Part shown: positions 1 to 7,427 of the stretch, piece after piece
How the letters are laid out: every line of letters starts with the position of its first letter
Numbering within the stretch: the stretch's first letter is position 1
Origin: Gemmatimonadota bacterium
Lineage (GTDB): Bacteria > Gemmatimonadota > Gemmatimonadetes > Longimicrobiales > Gaopeijiaceae
DNA: 18,459 nt
Direction: 5' to 3'
Assembly: GCA_039589315.1 (NCBI GenBank)
Contig: JBDHHQ010000083.1
Location: 1-18,459, forward strand
Position numbers and translations under genes: made by a program
Notes under the pieces: model-generated
Told to the model about the DNA's origin: nothing
Databases searched by the model: none
The model's input: only the letters and a program-made list of their open reading frames with translations

Positions 1-68
1 CCCTCTCGGCTCAGAAACTCCGCCAGCGCCCGCCTGTCGGTCCGGTCGGCAACCTCGTACGTTTTCAT
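1..68 (-). CDS. IS256-family transposase, N-terminus (runs off the window edge)
   Basis: Not in the ORF track. The minus strand reads ATG(68) MKTYEVADRTDRRALAEFLSREG..., preceded by GGAG-CCACCACG as an RBS. It resembles the N-terminus of an IS256 subgroup as I recall it, and lies next to an IS256-like end sequence. Confidence 0.6.
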   Translation of the reverse strand, partial: MKTYEVADRTDRRALAEFLSRE

Positions 69-148
69 CGTGGTGGCTCCTTGTGGGGTTTGAACGCTCC
101 CCGATCCTACCGGACCGGGGTCCCCCGGAACCACCACTTCTTTTTGCT

Positions 149-177
149 CAACCTTCAACTGCGGGTGGGACAGCCTC
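149..177 (-). mobile_element. Putative left terminal inverted repeat of an IS256-family element
   Basis: The minus strand reads GAGGCTGTCCCACCCGCAGTTGAAGGTTG, about 80 bp upstream of the transposase start. It resembles IS256-type ends as I recall them; the partner repeat is outside the window. Confidence 0.55.
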
Positions 178-418
178 CCTGGCGGATCGTTAGCGTACTT
201 CGCAGATGGAAGCCGCCAGAGAATCACGGGGGAACCAGGTCGCTTCTAGGGCTATGTCCATCGCGACGCCGAGGCCAGCTGGGGTATCGAGTACGCATGT
301 CACGTAGAGGTGGAGATATTTACCCTGACGACGGTCGCCGTCCACCCTTGTTCGGATCGAGGGACAGACGGGGCCGACCTCTAGCGCAGCGGAGCGCCTT
401 CTGGCCATACGACCCGCC

Positions 419-1084
419 TCATCCAAACTCCGCCATGCTGTTGAGTGAGCCTTCGATGAAGATGAACATGCCAGGCGTGATCCCAATCTCACCGGCTTCT
501 TCATAGAACTTCTCGACCATCATCTTGAAGGTCAGAGCGTGGTCGGCCCCGGCACCCGACGTGAAGTGTTCGAGCGGTGTAGCGAGCAGGTGGCCTCGGG
601 ATGGGATGCCGACCATGAGCGATCGGGTACCCAGTAACCTGCCGGCCTCGCGAATGAAGTTTGGTGAGAGGCAGTGCTCCGCCGCCAGATAATCATTGGT
701 GCATAGCGCGAGCTTTGCGTCGGTGGGTGACGTCACCTGCCAGGAGGCTGGTCGCACCGCGATATTGTGGAGTGCTTCGGCTTCGAATTCGGCCACCGAC
801 TTGCCGATTTGCTCGGCCCGCTCCGAGCGAAGGTAGACCCGACTCGGGGCTGTCGAGCCCCCCTCGTCGATCAGGTGTACCAACGCTACCCAAGGGATGT
901 GCGGCAGTTCGACCTTGGTGATCAACGGTCGGCACAACTGGGTCGGCTTGCGCGCCCAATCTTTCCGCATGAGCATGGGCAAGACCGGAACGGTGTTACC
1001 GTCCCCCGTGTCGAGTCCGCACTCCAGACGATAAGCGGGCATAGCCTTCGATGCCTCGTCCTTCCTCTTGTCGAACGGCCACAT
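419..1084 (-). CDS. Hypothetical protein, DUF1444-like (possible immunity-type protein)
   Basis: Start refined to MWPFDKRK (RBS GAGGAGGG upstream). The segments 'EFEAEALHNI', 'DYLAAEHCLSPNF' and 'LMVGIPSRGHLL' resemble the DUF1444 pattern (A..N, AS.IL, vavP.R..l). Confidence 0.6.
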   Translation of the reverse strand: MWPFDKRKDEASKAMPAYRLECGLDTGDGNTVPVLPMLMRKDWARKPTQLCRPLITKVELPHIPWVALVHLIDEGGSTAPSRVYLRSERAEQIGKSVAEFEAEALHNIAVRPASWQVTSPTDAKLALCTNDYLAAEHCLSPNFIREAGRLLGTRSLMVGIPSRGHLLATPLEHFTSGAGADHALTFKMMVEKFYEEAGEIGITPGMFIFIEGSLNSMAEFG

Positions 1085-1376
1085 GTCACCCTCCTCGTCG
1101 TCCAACCCGACTCAAGTGGCTTCGAGAACCGCCGAAGCGTCGTATGCTTTCGCACTATCTCATTCAGCTGTAGTCGGCGCAATTGGGCGATCGCAAGGTT
1201 CGGGGGGCGCGGACGCCAAGTAGGCTCCGCGAATGGCTCGGGGGACCCGAGGTGAAGAGATGCTGATCACCGATCAAAGGCCCTGGCAGCAGAGCGCCAT
1301 CGCCGCAGTCGGATGCGTTCGCAGCCCATCTCCATCGCTACACGGTCCGAAACACGCCGGAGGGCTACCGGGGCTT

Positions 1377-1856
1377 TCAACAGTCCCGAGACCACCAATC
1401 CCACGGCCTCAAGAGCCACCCCAGTCCCGTGCACTTCGAACATTTGGATGCCATCTCGCTCCCTCCTGTACCTGCGCACTCGTCACACAGGTATGCACCA
1501 GCCATGTAGGCACGGGGCGTGACGTATTCTGCGATCGAGGCAGGGCTCGCTGGCATCCCAAGTGTGTGGCGATCCGGGATCAGCTCTCCGAGTTCTGGAA
1601 ACTTGCGTGCCCCCATGGCGACGACGGTGTAGATCGTTAAGAGATCGTCCTCTACTGTGGTCGAAAACAAAGCCTGTAGGTCCCTACAGAGAATCGTGCC
1701 GTCCGGTCGGATACCCCAGAGATAGTCCGCCGCGTGGTATAGAGGAAGCGCGTTGAGCTTTTTCTTGAACTCACTGCTCGGCCAGGAGCGTGACGGCATT
1801 CTGATCCGACTCTGGATGTGGATTTCCAGCTCCGGGGAAGGCTCGAGTAGGCTCAT
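1377..1856 (-). CDS. Hypothetical protein with a C-terminal DnaJ-type zinc-finger pair
   Basis: 159-aa ORF with CDECAGTG...CSKCTGLGW (two CxxCxGxG motifs) and an N-terminal 'LPLY...WGIRPDG...KFPEL.ELIP' domain. Confidence 0.7.
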   Translation of the reverse strand: MSLLEPSPELEIHIQSRIRMPSRSWPSSEFKKKLNALPLYHAADYLWGIRPDGTILCRDLQALFSTTVEDDLLTIYTVVAMGARKFPELGELIPDRHTLGMPASPASIAEYVTPRAYMAGAYLCDECAGTGGSEMASKCSKCTGLGWLLRPWDWWSRDC

Positions 1857-2049
1857 TTCGCTTTCGTCCCCCTGCCCCTCCCAGAGTCGAATGGCGGCGG
1901 GATATGCGGATGCCGTAAATTGGCCCTCGTCTTGATTTTGGCAAGGAACCGCCCGGCCCGACCACCGAAGCCCAGCTTGGGCTTCAGACCTTGAGGGCGA
2001 GCCTAGCCAACCACCCGGAGCCCACCCTCCTTGTAGATCCGCCCACGGG

Positions 2050-2151
2050 CGAACGGTGGATGCTGAGCGGCTTGTTCGGAAGCTGGGCCGCCTTCATCCC
2101 CGCACCATCACAGCCATGCTCAGGGTCCTGGGCGAGATGTTCGCCGAATAG
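2050..2151 (+). pseudogene. MazF/PemK-family toxin C-terminal remnant
   Basis: Not in the ORF track. It reads RTVDAERLVRKLGRLHPRTITAMLRVLGEMFAE*, matching the typical PemK/MazF end (dqiRTVDk.RL...LG.L......vl..L.emF). No matching N-terminal part or antitoxin lies upstream. Confidence 0.7.
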
Positions 2152-2340
2152 GAAGAAGACGCTACCTAGCCAACAATTCTGCTGCGCCCGAGCGGGTTCA
2201 CGTCCGACTATGCAGCACGATTCGTAAGCTAATTGCCGGGTTGGGAGCGGGATAGACGGCAGATCCGGCTGCCATCGCGAATCCCCGTGGGCCGTCGCGT
2301 CCAGAAGATCGAGCCCCGCCCGTCTACTCGGCGGAAAGCC

Positions 2341-2898
2341 CGGCGCAACTGCATCGGCCAGATCCGGTGACCGCCCCAACCTCTTCTTCGCAGCGTCCTT
2401 CTTTTCGATGCGGATCTGGCCGGTGGGCGAGAATTCGTACCGGAGGGCCGACAGTTCCGCGAGGAGTCCGTCGTTCCGGGGGAATGAGACCTCACCTCGT
2501 TCGAGCGCTTCGCGTAGCCGCGAGAACACCTCCGCTCTCTTGTTGGCGAGGAGCTTCGGTTGCGAAACCCTCCGCGCCACGTTCGCGCCCTGCACCTGAT
2601 GTCGCATCTGGCGGAGCCGATCCACGACCCCGCTGCCGCTGCCGATGGAGTCGAGGCGGACCTGACGTGGCTTCCATTGGTTGATGTGGCTCGTGACCCA
2701 GGCGGCAACGGCCATGGTGTCCAAGCCCTGCCGAGTCTGGGTCTCGACCAGTTCACGGCCCCTCCAGACCGCAATGGCGCTGCGTGCGGCTCGGCCCCGA
2801 GAACCGCCACGGACGAACCCGACCGGATCGCCCCGATATCGACCGAACCGGTCCTCCATGTCGGCGGGGACTTCCAGCGTGGCCAGATCTTCTCGCAT
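2341..2898 (-). pseudogene. Phage terminase large subunit with internal deletion (N-terminal stub plus nuclease domain)
   Basis: 'RYRGDPVGFVR' (TerL N-terminal motif) is joined directly to the nuclease domain 'SAIAVWRG...RLDSIGSGSGVVDRL...NKRAE...LAELSALRY...IEKKD..KKRLGRSPDLADA'. No Walker A/B region is present. The frame stays open to 1984, but that tail is not terminase-like. Confidence 0.8.
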
Positions 2899-2931
2899 CG
2901 AGCGGACCCAGCGGTCGAGGTTTCGGGAGCC

Positions 2932-3741
2932 TCACCAGTGACACGCCTTCCGAAGGGGCAGGATCGCCTCGTCCAGACCAGCAAGCGCAAATCGGGCGGG
3001 CTCCAGGCCACCATCCGACTCCTTGAGGACCGCCCTCAGTTCGGTCACGCCGAGAAGCTGGTTGATCAGCGCGACATGATTGGCTGGGTAGTACGTCGTC
3101 TGACCTTTGGCGGACCAGGTCGATGTATGGGTTGGCGTCTCACCCACGGTTAGAGCGATCCTCGGCCTGGGCCCAACCCCCTCCCGCCAGTTGATGTAGA
3201 CCTCCGTTCTATCGTTCATGCACACCAAAACCAGGGACACGGGTCCGTTTCCCATCCGCACTGGTGTTTGAGCGTCTAGCGTGAGCCACAAAGCACGGGG
3301 GCCGTCCGAGTTTGAGGACTCTTCAACTCTCCACCCGGCCTTTGGGAACACCGCGTCCCAATCGCGCAGGGTATCTGAGAGCGTCTCGGATTCGGCTCGG
3401 ACTGATGCGTCCGTCCGAGACCTCCCCAGGTTCCCGAAGCTACGCCCACCAAGAACTCTGAAGTAGCCGATGGCGCACCGAAAGGGCGACATCGCGTCCA
3501 CCGTTCGGTCGATCAGCGCCCCTCCGAGCGCCGTACCGATCACGCTGCCCGCCGCCTCGATCCCCGATGTCGGGCGTCGGACCGAATCGGACGCGGCCTG
3601 GCGCAGAATCTCCTTCTTCAGAATCCCGCAGGGCGACACAGTTCCGTACACCAGCAGCGGCAGCAGGAAGCCGATGGCCAGCACAACACCAATAACGAGC
3701 CGAAACTCGCCGGTCTCAGCCGCCTTCTGATCTGATTCCAT
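2932..3741 (-). CDS. Membrane-anchored protein with C-terminal VasI/TagO-like (T6SS-associated) domain
   Basis: Start refined to MESDQK, followed by a TM helix (LVIGVVLAIGFLLPLLVY). The C-terminal domain 'WRVEESSN...SLVLVCMNDRTEVYINW...TWS...TTYYP...FALAGLDEAILPLRKACHW' matches the VasI-family C-terminus. Confidence 0.7.
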   Translation of the reverse strand: MESDQKAAETGEFRLVIGVVLAIGFLLPLLVYGTVSPCGILKKEILRQAASDSVRRPTSGIEAAGSVIGTALGGALIDRTVDAMSPFRCAIGYFRVLGGRSFGNLGRSRTDASVRAESETLSDTLRDWDAVFPKAGWRVEESSNSDGPRALWLTLDAQTPVRMGNGPVSLVLVCMNDRTEVYINWREGVGPRPRIALTVGETPTHTSTWSAKGQTTYYPANHVALINQLLGVTELRAVLKESDGGLEPARFALAGLDEAILPLRKACHW

Positions 3742-3787
3742 TGTCGCGTCTGATGATGTGGGGTGCCCCCGGAATCTGTACCAGGTC

Positions 3788-3940
3788 CTATGAGAGTGTG
3801 AGTATTGCCTCCCCGCCCACCGGGGAGTCAAGAGCTTCCCCTGCAGCGGCTACGTAGATGGACCGCGTGTTGGCCGGGAGATCGTGCGTGTCGTGGGGTG
3901 TGATCGCGAATGCCGTGTAGGCCGGGCCGAACGATGTCAT
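3788..3940 (-). pseudogene. Phage/GTA head-spike base protein remnant (Rcc01079-like)
   Basis: MTSFGPAYTAFAITPHDTHDLPANTRSIYVAAAG matches the pattern 'P...faITP.D..DL...tRalYVg..G'. Similarity stops near 3839, so the gene appears truncated. Confidence 0.6.
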
Positions 3941-4063
3941 CCGTTCGGTCTCCGGTTGGTGGTGAGTGGCTTCATGGGCTCGTGGACAGGGCGAGCGTGG
4001 TCCCGTAGGCTTCTGTTTGGTGTGGTGCAACGCTTTGGCCCCAAGCGGGCGGGAGGGCCAGTC

Positions 4064-4681
4064 ATGGGTGACCCACCGGAGCGGAGTTGGCTTCGAGATA
4101 TCATTGAGGGTATCCAGGCGCTCTTCGGAGCCCGAAAGAAGGGAACCACGCCAGGCCAAGAAGATGACGCACAATCAGGCGGCCGTGATCGTGCGGGCGA
4201 TGGACGTCTGGTTGAAGGCGCGGGACATCGAGGAATGGGACAGGAACTCCTTGAGGAATTCAAAGCCGAATTGCGCGTTGCGCTGGAGCTCGGCGGGGTC
4301 ACGGACGCGACCGTACAGCAGATCGGTTCGGCTGTAACCGGATGGGAGATGGACCCCGACAAGCCGCTGAAGCCTTGGTTACCAAAGGACGGCGCCAAGT
4401 ACGTGGTATTCTCCTACCATGCGCTCGTGCAGGTGATGCAGGCCCACCTGACACCCGACCAAAATAAGACCATGGGCGGCGAGTACCTCTTCTTTCTCGA
4501 CTGGGGCTTCTACAGGTATACCCCGGTTGGAAAGAGGCTCCAGGTGCTCGCAACTCAGTGGAAGCCGCGGTTGGGCGGTCGGCCCGTGTTTCGGCTCGCG
4601 CTCCAGGAGAATCTGTTGGAAGACGGGGTCGTGATTCTCCGTCAAGCCGAGGGTGATGACCAGGCCATGGGCAGCGAGTGA
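4064..4681 (+). CDS. Hypothetical protein (possibly with two compensating frameshifts)
   Basis: ATG at 4064 (MGDPPERSWL) with RBS GGGAGGG. The C-terminal 145 aa are globular-looking; no family recognised. Confidence 0.6.
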   Translation: MGDPPERSWLRDIIEGIQALFGARKKGTTPGQEDDAQSGGRDRAGDGRLVEGAGHRGMGQELLEEFKAELRVALELGGVTDATVQQIGSAVTGWEMDPDKPLKPWLPKDGAKYVVFSYHALVQVMQAHLTPDQNKTMGGEYLFFLDWGFYRYTPVGKRLQVLATQWKPRLGGRPVFRLALQENLLEDGVVILRQAEGDDQAMGSE

Positions 4682-4781
4682 GAGCAGGGAAAACAGGGGA
4701 CATGACCGGGGACTCCCCACTTCTTTGGCAGGAGGTGAACGGACAGCGTCAGTGCGCGACCCAAGAACGAGGAGAGAGGTC

Positions 4782-7073
4782 ATGACGGACGACGCCGTGG
4801 AGCTCGCCTTCGAACGAGATATAGGAGAGCCTGATTCCCCAAGACGCGGCACACTCCCCGTCAGGCTCGGCGTCCTGGGCGACTTCGCCGGCGATGCAAC
4901 GCGACCCGAGCCCGACGAGCGAAGGTTTCTCCAGGTGCCCGAGCTCGCGTCAGCCTTCGCCGCGATCCGCCCCGAACTCCACCTGACGCTCGACGACCAT
5001 CGCGGTGATCGGGTTCCGCTCCGGCTGTCCTTTACGAATCTGGACGACTTCAGCGCAAGCGCCATCGAGCGAAGATTCGGAGGCGGCGCTCGGGCGGAGG
5101 CTACGCAGGAGGATACCGGTGGCCCGCTGCCGGATCAGATCAACAGTTCCGACGCTCAGTCGACGAGTGGGTTCCGACAGGCCGACCAGGTGCTGGGCGA
5201 CGAACGCTTCCAGCGCCTCCGCGCGACGTGGCTCGGACTCGCGCACGTCGCTTCTCGCTGCGGCGAACGCGTCACGCTCTCGATCCTGGCGGCACGTAAG
5301 GATGAGCTCGCGCGCGATCTCGACCAGGCGCCAGACCTCGAGCACGCTGCGTTGTTCCGGCGACTCTACTCCGACGTCTACGAACGACCCGACGGCGTTC
5401 CGATCACGGCGCTGATCTGTGACTATACCTTCTCGACGCATCCCGACGATGACCGATTCCTGCGCTACCTCGCAGCCGTGGCGGTCGAGGCCCAGACACC
5501 CGTCATCGCCAGCGCTGCGCCGGCTCTATTGAGCTTGGATTGGAATGATTTCCTTCCATTGGCTCGTGGCGGGCTTGGGAGGGACTTCATGTACGGACCC
5601 CAGCACGTCTCTTGGCGCACCCTGAGGGATTCGGAGGAGATGCGCTTCGTCACCCTCGCCCTGCCTCGCTGGCGTACACGCGACGGTGAAAAGACGAGCT
5701 GGATCAACGCTGCCCATGCCCTGGGTGGACAGCTCGCTGCGGCCTACGAGCGGCACGGCTGGCCCGCGGCTCTGTGCGATCGGAGCCTGGCCACTCCCGA
5801 GATCGAGGCCGAGTGCCGCATCTGGGACGTCGCCCCGTCGAGGCTGTGGGATAGCGGCCTGTCGCCGATCGTATCGGAGAGGTCTGGGGGGGACTTCATC
5901 TTGCACGCCCCCACGGTACACAAACCGAAGGAATACTGGGACTACAACGTCACCGCCTGGGTACGGCAAATGGCGTTTACGCGCTACGTGCTGGCGTCGA
6001 GTCGCCTCCACCAACACTTGCTGTGCATGGCGCGCGATCCCTCCCTGTCTCCGGCCGAACTGGCCAGCCTGCTCACCGAGTGGCTCTCCGAGCATTCCGC
6101 CGACGCCTCGACCGCACAAGCGGACCCGCGCCACCCGCTCGTGCTGGAGGACCAGGTCGAGGTGACGAGCGACGGCTTCGTAAGCGTACGCGTGCGACCG
6201 GCCTACCAGCTACCGCTGGAAACCGCTGCCAAGATCACTCCGCCCTTCCGCGTTGGGGTAATCGCTCGCCCATCTCGAAATCGGGAGTTCGGTCCGCCGA
6301 TGGCCTCCCGTGACAAGGTGCTGCTCCAGGCCGTGATCGATGATCCGGGCAATGACGAACCGCGGCGCCACTACGCTGACCGGTGCGGCGATCCGCGGAG
6401 AGCGGAGATGATTCGCTGTCAGCTCGAGGCGATGAGGATCCTGCGGTCGGGGACCCCCGGTTGGGGCACCTTGGCCACTCAGGCGGACCGTCTCATTCGC
6501 GCGGACGGCAAGCGATGGGCGGGCGGGATCACAGACATGGTCCACTCCTACACGTTTCATCGTGGTTTCGTCGAGGAGGTCACTCTCGACGCGGCGAGCT
6601 TCATCTCATACGCATCCGACCTATTGGCCCGGGCGCCGATTCGTCATCTCAATCTACAGCTCGCCGCCCCGGTCGCCCGAGAGCTGTTTGCGATGGATGC
6701 CTTGGATCAGGTCGTTTCGCTCAACCTGAGTCGAAACAGCTTCCACGATGAGCACGTCATCGAACTGTCCAACTCTGACCATTTGGCCGCGCTCGCCTGG
6801 CTCTCACTGTCATTCAACAAGATCGGACGCGAAGGCGTCGAAGCGCTGGCCAGGTCCGAAAAGTTGCCACGGTTGGCTTACGTGAACCTCAACGGTAACC
6901 CATCGGGAAACATCCAGGAGTCGATCGCAGTTGACGGCGTGAATGGACAGGTCCTTTCTACTGAGCCGGCAAAACTGGCAGTCGACCTCGAACGACAGTT
7001 CGGTGCCCGTGCCTGGTTCCGGCCGCTGGAGTACGGGCGACGAGACACCACACCGCTCCGAGGGGAGTTCTGA
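4782..7073 (+). CDS. Fusion protein: TssB(VipA)-like + TssC(VipB)-like T6SS sheath modules + TIGR02996-like domain + leucine-rich repeats
   Basis: ATG 4782 with RBS GGAGAGAGG. TssB motifs 'LPVRLGVLGDFAG', 'ERRF' and 'LSFTNLDDFS' (~4782-5078). TssC motifs 'FQRLRATWLGL', 'KDELARDL..APDLEHAALFRRLY', 'LICDYTF', 'RFVTLALPR', 'WINAA', 'TVHKPKEY', 'YVLASSRL' and 'RPAYQL' (~5178-6215). TIGR02996-like 'LLQAVIDDPGNDEPRRHYAD...RAEMIRCQ' from 6300, then 'FHRGFV' and the LRRs LNLSRNSF / LSLSFNKI / VNLNGNP. Confidence 0.85.
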   Translation: MTDDAVELAFERDIGEPDSPRRGTLPVRLGVLGDFAGDATRPEPDERRFLQVPELASAFAAIRPELHLTLDDHRGDRVPLRLSFTNLDDFSASAIERRFGGGARAEATQEDTGGPLPDQINSSDAQSTSGFRQADQVLGDERFQRLRATWLGLAHVASRCGERVTLSILAARKDELARDLDQAPDLEHAALFRRLYSDVYERPDGVPITALICDYTFSTHPDDDRFLRYLAAVAVEAQTPVIASAAPALLSLDWNDFLPLARGGLGRDFMYGPQHVSWRTLRDSEEMRFVTLALPRWRTRDGEKTSWINAAHALGGQLAAAYERHGWPAALCDRSLATPEIEAECRIWDVAPSRLWDSGLSPIVSERSGGDFILHAPTVHKPKEYWDYNVTAWVRQMAFTRYVLASSRLHQHLLCMARDPSLSPAELASLLTEWLSEHSADASTAQADPRHPLVLEDQVEVTSDGFVSVRVRPAYQLPLETAAKITPPFRVGVIARPSRNREFGPPMASRDKVLLQAVIDDPGNDEPRRHYADRCGDPRRAEMIRCQLEAMRILRSGTPGWGTLATQADRLIRADGKRWAGGITDMVHSYTFHRGFVEEVTLDAASFISYASDLLARAPIRHLNLQLAAPVARELFAMDALDQVVSLNLSRNSFHDEHVIELSNSDHLAALAWLSLSFNKIGREGVEALARSEKLPRLAYVNLNGNPSGNIQESIAVDGVNGQVLSTEPAKLAVDLERQFGARAWFRPLEYGRRDTTPLRGEF

Positions 7074-7084
7074 GTCTCACGCGG

Positions 7085-7427
7085 GTGGGGGACGGCACCC
7101 AGGTGGAGGGCAGTACCAGCCCCACCCCCGTGACATCGGCAGGAATGCGGACGGCACGAATGCGCCAGACAGTGACATGGCCTACGAGGATTGGAACGCT
7201 GCCCAACGGCCCCCGCCGTCCGGCGAACACCCGAGCGGTGGTGTATGAGGACGGAAGCGTTCGGTATTACGATCGGTCAGGTCCGCTCGGCCGTCCGAGG
7301 GGCGGGAACAGTCCAATGAACACAATCGGGGAAATGGATGCCGACACACTTGGTGCGGGGGATAGATACGCGGATGGACCGTAGACCTGCCGGCAGGATA
7401 GGTGCGCACTCTTCACGGAGTCGATGA
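7085..7427 (+). pseudogene. Frameshifted gene fragment, possible orphan toxin tip
   Basis: Protein-like segments lie in different plus frames (HPRDIGRNADGTNAPDSDMAYEDWN; NTRAVVYEDGSVRYYDRSG; MDRRPAGRIGAHSSRSR*). The last ends at TGA 7425-7427, abutting the next ATG. Confidence 0.3.

Noticed and set aside
190..418. Short minus-strand ORF between the IS end and the DUF1444-like gene
   Set aside because: No convincing RBS or motif, so it cannot be supported.
1984..2340. C-terminal extension of the terminase ORF as a fused domain
   Set aside because: No recognisable motifs, and part of it is the antisense of the MazF remnant, so it is read-through.
4653..4781. Longer N-terminus of the sheath fusion, and a sigma-54 promoter at TTGGCA (~4724)
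   Set aside because: The longer start overlaps the upstream gene and a better RBS precedes 4782. No TTGC element follows the TGGCA at the required spacing.
2932..7073. A functional T6SS gene cluster
   Set aside because: Only sheath-like and VasI-like modules are present. No hcp, vgrG, tssEFGK, tssJLM or clpV is recognisable in the window.
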